A stretch of DNA of 64,000 nt from the NCBI GenBank assembly GCA_963674825.1, contig OY771587.1:3392001-3456000 (forward strand), written 5' to 3'. Source of the DNA: Candidatus Cloacimonadales bacterium. Lineage in GTDB: Bacteria; Cloacimonadota; Cloacimonadia; Cloacimonadales; JAIOQZ01. Below the pieces are notes generated by a model. The model had not been told where the DNA came from and made no database searches. It saw nothing but the letters and a program-made list of their open reading frames with translations. Positions within the stretch are counted from its first letter, which is position 1. The number at the start of each line of letters is the position of its first letter. Of this stretch, positions 1 through 9,607 are shown in pieces. Both the position numbers and the translations under genes were made by a program.

Positions 1-1
1 A

Positions 2-631
2 GGCCATACCGACATGCTTGCGCGTCATGTAAATACCCATCTGGTCACCTATTGCCTCGTAGAGCTGCTCCGCGATTCCGAAATAGGCGATCGCATGATT
101 GATCTCCTTCCGGGCGAGGTAGGTTTCGGCGATATCGCTGAAGAGATCTGCTCGCAACTGAGTTTCATCCTCTTCAAGATAACTGAGAGCACGACGGTAG
201 AAAGAAAGAGCCATGTCGTAGTTCTCGATGTAAAAATAGACCTTTCCGATATATTTGATTGTGCTGGCGAGGCCCTGGTCGTTGCGAATCTCTTCATTAA
301 GGTGGTACGATTCCATGAAATATGACATCGCCTTATCGAAATCGCCAAGGAAACGATAGCATTCACCAATCATGATCAGCGACTTGATTTCCCGATCAAC
401 ATCGCCTACTCGCTTGGATAGGTTCAAGGCTCGCTGACTGTAGCCAAGGGATCTGACCACATCGAAGTCAACTTCCGAATCGATCAGTTCTTCGGCGGAG
501 CTGTTCAGGAGGTCGATCTTTCCCACTTGAGGAAGAGTCTGTAAATGCATTTCGAGGCTATCGGGCGACATAACGCCGGATAGCGCAAGAGGCAGGAGCA
601 TGATAATAAACAGAACCTTATGCATCGACAT
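2..631 (-). CDS. Signal-peptide-bearing TPR protein (possibly the sensor part of a TPR histidine kinase/cyclase); runs off the left window edge
   Basis: Not in the ORF track because it has no stop in the window. Manual translation from ATG 631 or 625: MSMHKVLFIIMLLPLALSG...SLIMIGECYRFLGDFDKAMSYFMESY...STIKYIGKVYFYIENYDMALSFYRRAL, which shows TPR-like helices and stays open to position 2. Confidence 0.8.
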   Translation of the reverse strand, partial: MSMHKVLFIIMLLPLALSGVMSPDSLEMHLQTLPQVGKIDLLNSSAEELIDSEVDFDVVRSLGYSQRALNLSKRVGDVDREIKSLIMIGECYRFLGDFDKAMSYFMESYHLNEEIRNDQGLASTIKYIGKVYFYIENYDMALSFYRRALSYLEEDETQLRADLFSDIAETYLARKEINHAIAYFGIAEQLYEAIGDQMGIYMTRKHVGMA

Positions 632-785
632 CTCTTATCCAGTCCAAAGTACGTTGTGAATGAATCTAAATCGTGAATTTCCTGTATAATATGGGAGATA
701 AATTAATACGTCCCTTATCTTGTCAAATGAAACGTTTCCTGACGCTTCGATGATATATCGCACAAGCGCTGTATCTCGATGATTT

Positions 786-1547
786 CTATTCAATTACTTT
801 CTTTTTACCTACAGGGGCGATATAAACTGTAAATTCCTCTTTCCCGTCCACGCGAAGCAGCTTGTCCATCTTCTCCTGATGATATGCTCCGATCGCACAG
901 GTTCCCGCGTCAATCGCTTCGCAGCCCAGGTACAGATTTTGACAGAGGTGTCCCGCATCAACCGCGATAACTTTATGCGAAACATCCAAATAACGCCACT
1001 CCATGCGGTAGGGGATTGCTGTCCAAATGAACGTCACAGCCGCTGCAGCGGAGAATGCCTGTCCAAGGACCGCTTCTTTGACTTTCTCGGCGAGATTGTC
1101 TTCACTGAAAAGGAAAAGAAGAGCATGTTCTACAGGTAGGTAACGATAAAATCCTGTATCAAGTCCTTTCACATCCCGCACAGCGAGATAGGTCTCGCAG
1201 GCATGGCGGTTTCCTGCCGAAGGGACGGTTCGGAAGATGCGTCTGGGATTATCGAAATCGCGTATTCCTTGCGTGATCCAAAGTAGGAAAGATAGTTCTT
1301 CCATTGTCAGTGCTTCATCACGAAACTGACGATGGCTTTTTCTGTGGGCGATTGCCTCCAGGAGCGGGATCTCGGGGATGGTTGTCCACTTATCCGGTCC
1401 AGGCAATTCGATCAAGGTCGCATCGGCAGGATATGGTTTCTGGATTGGGGGCATCGGGACGCCATTATATTGGTCGGACTGGCTGAAATCAGTGCGTAAC
1501 CTAATGGCGTCTTTCAAAAATTCGCGGTAATCATCAAATTGGCTCAT
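786..1547 (-). CDS. SagB/ThcOx-family nitroreductase-like dehydrogenase
   Basis: Motifs RKSHRQF, RTVPSAGNRH, DAGHLCQNLYL, CAIGAY; RBS AGGAG upstream. Confidence 0.9.
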   Translation of the reverse strand: MSQFDDYREFLKDAIRLRTDFSQSDQYNGVPMPPIQKPYPADATLIELPGPDKWTTIPEIPLLEAIAHRKSHRQFRDEALTMEELSFLLWITQGIRDFDNPRRIFRTVPSAGNRHACETYLAVRDVKGLDTGFYRYLPVEHALLFLFSEDNLAEKVKEAVLGQAFSAAAAVTFIWTAIPYRMEWRYLDVSHKVIAVDAGHLCQNLYLGCEAIDAGTCAIGAYHQEKMDKLLRVDGKEEFTVYIAPVGKKKVIE

Positions 1548-1556
1548 TATCTCTCC

Positions 1557-2255
1557 TTACTTCAGTATTTTACGTTTGGTGAAGGACAAATATTCGTTTT
1601 GGCCCACGACGATATGATCCAGTAATTGGATCTCAACCAGCGCTAGGGCTTCTCGGATTTTCAATGTGATAAAGATGTCTTCGTTGGAGGGCTCGATATT
1701 GCCGCCGGGGTGGTTATGTGCCAATATTACGGCGTGTGCATGGTACATCAAAGCGTGCTCCACGATCTTCCGGACGTAGATCGTCGATATGTTGAGCGTG
1801 CCGTGAAAAAGTGTTTCTTCGGTGATGATCATGTTCTGGGTGTTAAGGTAAACGATCTTGAACTGCTCGGTTTTAACGCCTTTATAGCAGGTCTTGAGGT
1901 ACCGAAAAACATCGTCCGCACAGGTGATGTAGTCACGATGCAGAATCTTCTCGCGGAGATGATAGACATTTGCGTCACGCATGAGTTTCAAGAGGACTGC
2001 CGAACGTTCACCGAGCCCATCGATTTCGGTGAGTTGGCTCACAGGAGCATTAAGGACATCGCTAAGGCTTCCAAATCTGCGGATGAGGCTCTTTGCCAAG
2101 CTGCGTGTATCCTTGCGGACGATCGAATAGGAGAGGATCAACTCCAACACTTCGTAATCGTGGAAGCCATCCAGGCCATCGCGAACGAATCGCTCGCGCA
2201 TGCGCTGTTTATGGAGCTGTTGGTCGTCTGCAGGAAGCTTTGCTTTTTTATCCAT
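1557..2255 (-). CDS. radC: RadC family protein (HhH + JAB/MPN domain)
   Basis: RMRERF..GL..DYEVLELIL N-terminus; E...HNHPGG..PS.ED JAB motif. Confidence 0.95.
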   Translation of the reverse strand: MDKKAKLPADDQQLHKQRMRERFVRDGLDGFHDYEVLELILSYSIVRKDTRSLAKSLIRRFGSLSDVLNAPVSQLTEIDGLGERSAVLLKLMRDANVYHLREKILHRDYITCADDVFRYLKTCYKGVKTEQFKIVYLNTQNMIITEETLFHGTLNISTIYVRKIVEHALMYHAHAVILAHNHPGGNIEPSNEDIFITLKIREALALVEIQLLDHIVVGQNEYLSFTKRKILK

Positions 2256-2261
2256 TCGATG

Positions 2262-2699
2262 TCATTTTGCCTGTTCCAACCAGGGTTTGACGCGGTCTTT
2301 ATGTTTTTCTGAGAAGTAGGTGTATTTCTGACGACTGACCTTGTTCTCATCGAATAGTCTGTCGAACAGAGAAATAATGCGCCGATGGAGGATGAAGCTT
2401 TTCACAACGATCGCGAACCGAAGCAGCTTATTACTGAAGAGAAGCTCTTTGTAATCGTCCAGCACTTTCGCGATCTTGAAGAGATTAGTCTGGCGTGAAT
2501 TGACATGCTTGGCGTTGAACACCATCAGGATTTGCCTGAATTGAGCAGAATCCTGCAGGATGAAATCCAGACATTGCTTCAGAACAGGTTCTGCATTGCT
2601 CAACTTGAGCTCGTAAACGTATACGGTTCGATTGTTGATTTCGACGGGGTAACGAACGACTGATTCTTCCGCTTTCTCAAATATATCCTGTAAAGGCAT
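2262..2699 (-). CDS. Hypothetical protein, possibly STAS/SEC14 (SpoIIAA-like) fold
   Basis: 145 aa, co-oriented with its neighbours; alpha/beta pattern (RFAIVV...YF.....VKPWL) reminiscent of SpoIIAA-like proteins. Confidence 0.55.
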   Translation of the reverse strand: MPLQDIFEKAEESVVRYPVEINNRTVYVYELKLSNAEPVLKQCLDFILQDSAQFRQILMVFNAKHVNSRQTNLFKIAKVLDDYKELLFSNKLLRFAIVVKSFILHRRIISLFDRLFDENKVSRQKYTYFSEKHKDRVKPWLEQAK

Positions 2700-2742
2700 C
2701 GGAGCTCCTCTAATTTCATTCTATTATCATGATAGCGCCGTA

Positions 2743-3732
2743 TCATTTATTGGCAAGTGAAATCATCGTTTTTATAATGCGAATGGCATTGGTTGCAGCG
2801 CCAAGACGGACATTGTGGGCGACATTCCAGAAACGCAATTCGTTTTCCCGGCATCCCTGACGAATTCTGCAAACGTGGCTGTCATCCGAATCACCGATCT
2901 CGTGTGGTGTGATGTAATCGTCCAAATGGAGCGTGATGCCTGGGTTGCTCTGGAGAACTTGCGCTGCCTCTGTGGGTGAAACAGGCACCTTCAGTTCCAC
3001 GTATACGCTTTCGCTGTGGCCGTATAGGACAGGAACCCGCACCGTCTCCGCTGAAACCTCGATCGTATCATCTCTGAGGATCTTGCGGATCTCGTGATGC
3101 ATCTTGAGCTCTTCCTCGCAGTAGCCACTCTTGTCGAATGCGCCTATCTGCGGAATCACATTTAGGTCGATCTGGCGTGGAAAGTGGTGGGTATAGCTTG
3201 ATCCGTTACGCTGATTTTCCAGTTCCCTAATACCCTTGTTTCCGGCACCGGATACAGATTGGAAGGTCGTTACCAAAACCCGTTTCAGGCCGTATTTCAG
3301 TGCAAGCGGATGTAGCGCCATGACAAGCTGGATGGTCGAGCAATTGGGGTTAGCGACGATTCCGTTGTAATCTCTCAGCAAATCACCGTTTATTTCGGGA
3401 ACGATAAGCGGGATAGTATCGTCTCGACGGAATGCGGAGGAATTGTCGATTACTGTATTTCCCGCTTCAGCCGCTATGGGAGCAAATCGGAGCGAGGTTC
3501 CCGATCCGGCAGAAAACAGCAGGTAATCGTATTTCCTGCGCATCGCCTCTTCGGTTAGTTCCTGGACTGCAACAGGCTTGTTGCGAAACATGAGCTGTTG
3601 ACCGGCTGACCTTTTGGATGCGAATAGTTCAAGGTTATGAACGGGTAGATCCATCTCATGCAGAACGCTCATCATCATTCTGCCGACGGCCCCTGTTGCT
3701 CCAGCGATTCCAATATGCATTGATTGCCTCAT
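2743..3732 (-). CDS. asd: Aspartate-semialdehyde dehydrogenase
   Basis: GATGAVG, VIDNSSAFR, ANPNCSTIQ (catalytic Cys), QSVSGAG, RVPVLYGHSE. Confidence 0.97.
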   Translation of the reverse strand: MRQSMHIGIAGATGAVGRMMMSVLHEMDLPVHNLELFASKRSAGQQLMFRNKPVAVQELTEEAMRRKYDYLLFSAGSGTSLRFAPIAAEAGNTVIDNSSAFRRDDTIPLIVPEINGDLLRDYNGIVANPNCSTIQLVMALHPLALKYGLKRVLVTTFQSVSGAGNKGIRELENQRNGSSYTHHFPRQIDLNVIPQIGAFDKSGYCEEELKMHHEIRKILRDDTIEVSAETVRVPVLYGHSESVYVELKVPVSPTEAAQVLQSNPGITLHLDDYITPHEIGDSDDSHVCRIRQGCRENELRFWNVAHNVRLGAATNAIRIIKTMISLANK

Positions 3733-3820
3733 TGATGATTATTTCAATCCATTGTGAATGAGGCAACCGTGGAGTTCAAGGAAAATATTTGAAAAACTTC
3801 ACATAGTGTCTCAAAAGCAC

Positions 3821-3854
3821 AAAAAAACCGCTGCAAGTTACTTGCTTGCAGCGG
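3821..3854 (-). terminator. Intrinsic terminator downstream of the PDC-sensor gene
   Basis: Stem CCGCTGCAAG (3828-3837)/CTTGCAGCGG (3845-3854) followed by T7 on the minus strand. Confidence 0.85.
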
Positions 3855-3870
3855 ATAAAAGATTCAGCCG

Positions 3871-4419
3871 TTATTCTATCTCGTCAACAACAATTCCGAC
3901 TGTGATTGCTCCAATTACCTTTTCTCCATCCTTCACCGGGACGGATACTTGAACCAACGTTTTCTTTGAGCTTTCATCATATTTCGCATTGTCGATGAAG
4001 GTTTTGCCCTCTCCATTTGCATAGGATTTCGTGAATTTATCCTCATCGCCTTGCCAGTAGTCCGATGTTAGATCAGATAGTGCCACAAGGGCTCCATTTT
4101 TATCCATTACGAAAATTTCAGCGTAATACGCCTTTGCTGTTGATAGTTTGCGAAGATATTCGCTTACATCGTTTTCGAGTAAAGAATTCATGAAAGGTGT
4201 AGGGGATTTTGCGGCCATCCATTCCTGATCATGTTTCTGAATTTCCTCCGATGATTCATTTTGCTCGTTCTTTGCTCGAACGGCAGAAACGATGATCGGG
4301 TCGGTCTCAAGTTTTACAACGACGTTACTTATCAATTTTAACAGTCCGGGGTGTGATTCCTGTGCTACCAGGCTTATCGATACGAGCAATAGGAGTGAGA
4401 TGATAGTTAGCTTTCCCAT
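3871..4419 (-). CDS. Secreted stand-alone PDC/Cache-like sensor-domain protein
   Basis: Start MGKLTIISLLLLVS with GGAGG RBS (the ORF-track start at 4587 is too far upstream); signal peptide; EIFVMDKNG, TSDYWQGDEDKF, QVSVPV..IGAITVG motifs. Confidence 0.8.
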   Translation of the reverse strand: MGKLTIISLLLLVSISLVAQESHPGLLKLISNVVVKLETDPIIVSAVRAKNEQNESSEEIQKHDQEWMAAKSPTPFMNSLLENDVSEYLRKLSTAKAYYAEIFVMDKNGALVALSDLTSDYWQGDEDKFTKSYANGEGKTFIDNAKYDESSKKTLVQVSVPVKDGEKVIGAITVGIVVDEIE

Positions 4420-4579
4420 TGGAAACCTCCAAATACACTTGACGTGGTGAAATATTGATGACATCAAGATAATATGAAAATACGACAATGACAAGAAAAA
4501 TGTATGGGGATCATTTTTTTTATTTTGTTCGACACTATGACATCGCTGCAAATGATGAACTTGGAGCAAAAAAAAATTG

Positions 4580-4687
4580 TTATTCAATATCTTCTACAAC
4601 GATACCGACGGTGGTTGCTCCGATTACGTTCTTTCCATCCTTCACCGGGACTGATACCTGAACGAGCGTATTCTTTGTGCTTTCTCC
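4580..4687 (-). pseudogene. 3' remnant (~35 codons) of a paralogue of the 3871..4419 gene
   Basis: Translates GESTKNTLVQVSVPVKDGKNVIGATTVGIVVEDIE* versus DESSKKTLVQVSVPVKDGEKVIGAITVGIVVDEIE*; in-frame TAA a few codons upstream and no start codon. Confidence 0.8.
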
Positions 4688-4771
4688 ATGAAATCCAGCA
4701 ATTTAGGCACATTGATTTTATAAGTTACTATGAGGAAAAAGCCGGTCAACAAGTAGTTTATCGCAACGAAA

Positions 4772-5545
4772 CTACATCTGATAGAGGTTTGCTTTGATCA
4801 TCTCAAACGAGCTTTCGAGAACCTCCCGAAGTCGCTCCTGAACTTTTAGATGACGCTCACCGGTCCACTCGTCCATAAATATTTTCTTGAATTCGAGCGC
4901 GACACAGCACACCGAATCCGGGTAGGTGTTATGAATCCAGCGGGAGAAGTGCCCCCCGGGGAATTTCACGTTAATACGGACATCGAGTTTGCGGCCAAAG
5001 AAATCGGCTTCTGAAAGGTGATCGCGAAGTTTCTCGACCAGAGGGAACCACGCCGGACTCATGTTGTTTGTTCCAAGGATGATGTCCGGGTTCAGAGCGG
5101 GATCGTCTGGCGGAGCGAGGGGTCCGTTGCGGCGGTGGTTATAGGAGTGGATATCGAACACGAAGAATTTACCGAACGTGTCCTTCATCTCCTGGAAAAA
5201 GAGATTTGTGCGTGTATAGAAGAGCGCGTATTTCTGCCTGGCGCCCTGTACAACTTCTTCCGGTAATGGTCTTTTACGAACCGGCAGTCCCCAGGCGTCT
5301 TCGGGCTCGAGATAAATAGCTTTTTCGGGAGAACGATTCAGATCAACCTCAAATCGACTGAAACGGCCAATGATGCGATTATTCGATATTAGCGTGAAAT
5401 AGCCAGTAAAGGGGTCCTCTTCACGCAATTGATCATCCTCGGTAATCCCCAGATTTTCTTTGAAAGGGACGCTCATCAAATGACCGTTGTGAATGGCTGT
5501 GCAGACAATTGGCTCATCGAACCGAAACGAAAATTCGGCTATCAT
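4772..5545 (-). CDS. N-formylglutamate amidohydrolase family protein
   Basis: AIHNGH, REEDPFT, SRFEVDLNR, DIHSYNH, ALEFKKIFMDE. Confidence 0.9.
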   Translation of the reverse strand: MIAEFSFRFDEPIVCTAIHNGHLMSVPFKENLGITEDDQLREEDPFTGYFTLISNNRIIGRFSRFEVDLNRSPEKAIYLEPEDAWGLPVRKRPLPEEVVQGARQKYALFYTRTNLFFQEMKDTFGKFFVFDIHSYNHRRNGPLAPPDDPALNPDIILGTNNMSPAWFPLVEKLRDHLSEADFFGRKLDVRINVKFPGGHFSRWIHNTYPDSVCCVALEFKKIFMDEWTGERHLKVQERLREVLESSFEMIKANLYQM

Positions 5546-5637
5546 AGTATCTCCTCACATTAACCTCATTTTACACATATACAAGAAGAACGAGAAACTG
5601 TCAATCAAAACAAGTTTGTGTCAGGCTTGCAAGGCTC

Positions 5638-7779
5638 TTAGAATGTCTCTTCCAGGAAGATACCTGTTTCCCAGTTGGTGCCGGGTTCAGGCTGCCCCAA
5701 GTCGATTTCATAGCGCTCGTCGAGTAGATTGTTGACTTTCAAGTAAAAAGCGGGGGAGGGGAGCTTCCAGTGTTCAAGCTTCAGCAGGTAGCGCGATTCT
5801 GCGTCCAGTGTTTCGTAAGCCGAAATCGCTCCAATAAGGTTATCTTGCGTTGTGTAACGTTCGCCGACACGATTCCAGGTAACGCCGATTTGCGCATTCC
5901 ATTGCTGCAGGGTGATTCCAAGGCGGGTGATGGAAAGTGGGACGCCTGGAACAAATTTACCGTCATGATCGCTCCCACTGGAGTCTTTAGAGGACGTTCT
6001 CTGCCAACTGGCGCTTAGCGATAAAAAAGGAGTCGGGCTGGCTGATAGATCTATCTGGAAGTTTCTCACAGTCGCGGAGCCGATGTTGTCCGGTTTCCAA
6101 TTGGTTACCGATTTGTGCCAGAAAATCAGGTCGTCCACTTTCTGGTCGCTCCATTGCGAATCGAGCTGGAGGATGTCGTTCCACCAGATCGATCCCGAGA
6201 TGGTGTAACCGAGGCTTCGTTCCGGCTTCAGATCGGGATTTCCCATCGCCTGGCCGCCACCTTTCCAGTAGAGGTCATAGATAGACGGAAGCGAGAAGCC
6301 GTTACCGTAATCACCGCCAAGCGAAAATCCCAGTTCTCTGATCCATTTCCACTGCGCGCCTACTTTCCAGCTATGGAAGGCGTCATTGCCGACGCTGTCG
6401 GTGTGGACGTGATCGTAACGATAATCCACGTTGGTCGTCAGCTCATGCTCATTAATTTCTGTCTGTGCGGAAAACTGCACATGAGGTGCGATGGATGTCT
6501 GGCGGATTGGGTCGACATCATTCAGATCGGAAAGGATGTCATCGTATCGATATTCTTGTGTACGCCAGGTAAATGAAGGGATAAGATTCATAAAAGACAT
6601 TAGATTGATACTCGTAATCTGGTCTACACCATAGGAATAATAGTTGTTTTTACCCTTTGCTATCGAAAGGCTCGAACTGGACCCCGTGTTGTCATAGAGC
6701 GTGTAATCCCGATTCCAGTGTGAGACCAGCCGAAACTGAGCATCGCCGATCTCCTTGTCCAGATCGAGGAACATACGAGCGGAGTTGCCATGTAGATGCG
6801 CGTCGTCGTACGCACTTAGCATACTATAGCGGCCAATCATCTGCTTGCTGAACTCGCGGTACATGATCTGTAGCCGGTTTCGAATCGGCAGGAAGAAGAA
6901 TTCCTGAGTCAGGCCGAAATCGCTGCTCGAGATGGCGTTGTTGGGATTGGTCTCAGTATCACCCTGCTGTGTCTCGTACTCGAAATCAGCGCGGTTGTAA
7001 AGTCGGTTGAAGCTGAGATCGGTCTTGCTGAATCGATTCCATACAGACAGATCAACGCGATTTTTCTGGAGGTTGTACGATCCTAACGCCTGCTGTGTCA
7101 GTACCTTAATATGAATATCTGGCGACTGGATGGTGTCGCGCCGCGTGACCACATTGATGATCCCACCGATAGCGCCACTGCCGGCGATCGCGCCTGCATT
7201 ACCCTCAATAATCTCGATCCGTTCGATCATGGAAGATGGGATGGTGGAGAGGTCGAACGCGTTCCCAGGTGTGCTGACTACAACGCCATCGATCATTACG
7301 GCTGTGTGTTTGGTGCGCTGGCCTTGCAAAGATAGATAACGGCTTTCGCCGGGCAGGCTACCTCCCTGAAGATAGATGCCCGTTTCCTGACCCACCACTG
7401 AAGCGGCGTCGCTGGCGGTTTCTTCCACAAGGATTGTTCTTTTACCAGCGTAGTCGGGGAGATGCGACGAATAACGTTCCTCGCGAACTTCTATTCCTTC
7501 GATGGCGATCGTATCGCGATCCAGAACAATACGTGGGTTCTCGAAAATCTGTTGTGCTGAGCGCGATGTCTTGCGATAGCCGATTTTTTGAAAGGTCAGG
7601 GAATCGCAGGCTGTGTCGAGCTGAAAACGGCCTCTGGCATCCGTGTAAACGCCAGTTTTACCGCAGAAAACGGAGACGCTCTCGATGGCTTTACCGTCCG
7701 GATCCACAACATAGCCACGGATAGCGATGATGGGCAGGATGAACGCAAGGAGGATGACGGTGGTCAGAAGGCGTTTCAT
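5638..7779 (-). CDS. TonB-dependent receptor (BtuB/CirA-like) with N-terminal carboxypeptidase-regulatory-like domain
   Basis: Signal peptide; plug motif VMIDGV..IERIEIIEG..GSGAIGGIINVVT; GNPDLKPE; VNNLLDERY; C-terminal Phe. Confidence 0.9.
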   Translation of the reverse strand: MKRLLTTVILLAFILPIIAIRGYVVDPDGKAIESVSVFCGKTGVYTDARGRFQLDTACDSLTFQKIGYRKTSRSAQQIFENPRIVLDRDTIAIEGIEVREERYSSHLPDYAGKRTILVEETASDAASVVGQETGIYLQGGSLPGESRYLSLQGQRTKHTAVMIDGVVVSTPGNAFDLSTIPSSMIERIEIIEGNAGAIAGSGAIGGIINVVTRRDTIQSPDIHIKVLTQQALGSYNLQKNRVDLSVWNRFSKTDLSFNRLYNRADFEYETQQGDTETNPNNAISSSDFGLTQEFFFLPIRNRLQIMYREFSKQMIGRYSMLSAYDDAHLHGNSARMFLDLDKEIGDAQFRLVSHWNRDYTLYDNTGSSSSLSIAKGKNNYYSYGVDQITSINLMSFMNLIPSFTWRTQEYRYDDILSDLNDVDPIRQTSIAPHVQFSAQTEINEHELTTNVDYRYDHVHTDSVGNDAFHSWKVGAQWKWIRELGFSLGGDYGNGFSLPSIYDLYWKGGGQAMGNPDLKPERSLGYTISGSIWWNDILQLDSQWSDQKVDDLIFWHKSVTNWKPDNIGSATVRNFQIDLSASPTPFLSLSASWQRTSSKDSSGSDHDGKFVPGVPLSITRLGITLQQWNAQIGVTWNRVGERYTTQDNLIGAISAYETLDAESRYLLKLEHWKLPSPAFYLKVNNLLDERYEIDLGQPEPGTNWETGIFLEETF

Positions 7780-8549
7780 GAGGGATAGACAATCATTGGA
7801 CGGCCGGTGTGAGGATTGGTCACCAGCGGAATTCTTGTTCCGAAAAGGAGTTGCAGATTGCTTTCGTTGATTACTTCGTCAGGTGATCCGTCAGCGACCA
7901 ACGCACCAGCTTTCATCATCACCACGCGGGGACAATAACTTGCAGCGAGGTTGATGTTGTGAGAGACCATAATCACCATTTTACCCTGCTCTCGATTGAC
8001 CGAGCGAATTAATTCCATGATCTCGAGTTGGTGGTTGATATCCAGGTGAGAGAAGCTTTCGTCCATCAAGATCGTGCGTGTGTCTTGGGCAAGAGCTCTT
8101 GCGATAGAGACACGCTGCTGCTCGCCGCCGCTGAGTTGTGAAAACGGTGTTTCCCGATGCGACGTCAGGTCAAGCTGCTCCAGTATTGCCTCAACGACCT
8201 CCATATCCTTCTTTGAGTAGTCTTTCCATGCGTCGAGATATGGGAATCTTCCCATCTGTACGATATCTTCTACTGTGTAATCGAACTGTAGATGGAAGTC
8301 TTGCGGTATGAGTGCGATTTCGCGGGAGAGCTGTTTTCGGGTAAGCTGATCGGTATCTTTGCCGTCGAGTAAGATTTTACCGCTCTGAAGCTGAAGGAAG
8401 CGGATGATCGTCTTGAGGAGTGTTGATTTACCGCAGCCGTTAGGACCAATCAACGCACAGAAGTCACCCTCGGCGAACCGGACGCTAAGCCCGTCGATGA
8501 CGGTTTTCTCCGGGTAGCCTGCACGGATATTCTTCAGCTCGATATACAT
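7776..8549 (-). CDS. Iron/cobalamin-type ABC transporter ATP-binding protein (FepC/BtuD-like)
   Basis: GPNGCGKST, LSGGEQQRV, MDESFSHLD, SHNINLA. Confidence 0.92.
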   Translation of the reverse strand: MYIELKNIRAGYPEKTVIDGLSVRFAEGDFCALIGPNGCGKSTLLKTIIRFLQLQSGKILLDGKDTDQLTRKQLSREIALIPQDFHLQFDYTVEDIVQMGRFPYLDAWKDYSKKDMEVVEAILEQLDLTSHRETPFSQLSGGEQQRVSIARALAQDTRTILMDESFSHLDINHQLEIMELIRSVNREQGKMVIMVSHNINLAASYCPRVVMMKAGALVADGSPDEVINESNLQLLFGTRIPLVTNPHTGRPMIVYPS

Positions 8550-8552
8550 GAA

Positions 8553-9527
8553 TTATGCCGTTTTTTTATTATGCTTCAAATACCACTGACAGGTACGACC
8601 AATTTCTTTTTCGATCGTGTGTTGCTGAACGTAGCCGGCTTTGCGTATTTTCTCGCCAAGGAAGTGGGTAGCCGTGTTAAGTTTGTACATTCGATCACTG
8701 TTTATCGGCAAGTCTTTATTCAGCACCTTGCTGAGAACGTCAAACACCTTTCCGATGGCTAATGCGAATCCGTAAGGGATCCGTATTGCCGGATATCGGA
8801 AACCCTTGTTCGAGCCTATGATTTCCATCAGCTGATGCACAGTGACATAGGGTTTATCGATGCAGTTGTAGATCTCAAGGCCTGGCTTGAGATGATCAAT
8901 CGCGAAGAGGATCATGTCGATCAGGTTCGAGAGCGAGACCATCGATTTGACATGGTTGCCACTGCCGATGGTGACCCAAGGGCGACGGTGTAACATATCG
9001 ATGAGATTGTACATGTTGGCGTAGTTATATGGTCCGTAGATGATCGATGGGCGAAGGAAGATCACTTCGCGTTGCGGAATGGCTTCCAGCCACTTGCGGA
9101 CGGCTTTTTCGCCTTCCAGCTTGGATGCGCCGTAGGGGTGATTGGGATTGAGGGCTCCTGTTTCATCCGTGGGCTCGGAAGGATGTCCGTGGACACCGAC
9201 AGTGCTGATGTAGATCATCTTCTTGACGCTCTTTGCCCAATCGCAAAGTTCCTCGGTAGCCTTCTGATTATTGAGGTAATATTCGTCTTCGGTAAGCCCG
9301 AAATCGTGCTTTTCGGCTGCACAATGGATGATAAGGTCAAGGCTTGACTCATCAATCCGATTGAGCTCGTCGCGCTTGAGAAGATTTCCAAGAACGGTTG
9401 CCGGGTGCGATTCGATCATGCATTCGCTTTTCTTATCGATTCCAACCACATCGTGACCGAGTTTTTCCAGTTCCCACATGAGTCGTGAGCCAACGAATCC
9501 GGTTGAGCCAGTAATCAGTATTTTCAT
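8553..9527 (-). CDS. NAD-dependent epimerase/dehydratase (extended SDR)
   Basis: GSTGFVG, HCAA, YISTVGV, YGASK. Confidence 0.9.
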   Translation of the reverse strand: MKILITGSTGFVGSRLMWELEKLGHDVVGIDKKSECMIESHPATVLGNLLKRDELNRIDESSLDLIIHCAAEKHDFGLTEDEYYLNNQKATEELCDWAKSVKKMIYISTVGVHGHPSEPTDETGALNPNHPYGASKLEGEKAVRKWLEAIPQREVIFLRPSIIYGPYNYANMYNLIDMLHRRPWVTIGSGNHVKSMVSLSNLIDMILFAIDHLKPGLEIYNCIDKPYVTVHQLMEIIGSNKGFRYPAIRIPYGFALAIGKVFDVLSKVLNKDLPINSDRMYKLNTATHFLGEKIRKAGYVQQHTIEKEIGRTCQWYLKHNKKTA

Positions 9528-9557
9528 TTTTCGCCTTCTGTTTGATTAATGTGCGTC

Positions 9558-9585
9558 ATCATGAGCAGTTGTATTTTCCTGTCAA
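9558..9585 (-). promoter_or_regulatory. Putative sigma70-like promoter for the epimerase / ABC ATPase / TonB-receptor operon
   Basis: TTGACA-16 nt-CATGAT on the minus strand. Confidence 0.45.
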
Positions 9586-9607
9586 TCCCCCAGTCGATTA
9601 ATCATAT

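Noticed and set aside
729..738. GAAACGTTTC palindrome as a LacI-type operator
   Set aside because: A single 10-bp palindrome with no second copy or regulator nearby; compatible with chance.
1557..2255. radC as a marker of a mobile element
   Set aside because: It is the full-length HhH+JAB chromosomal type among housekeeping genes, with no integrase or conjugation genes nearby.
9530..9607. Cobalamin riboswitch upstream of the operon containing the BtuB-like receptor
   Set aside because: The gap is under 80 nt and no B12-box was recognised.
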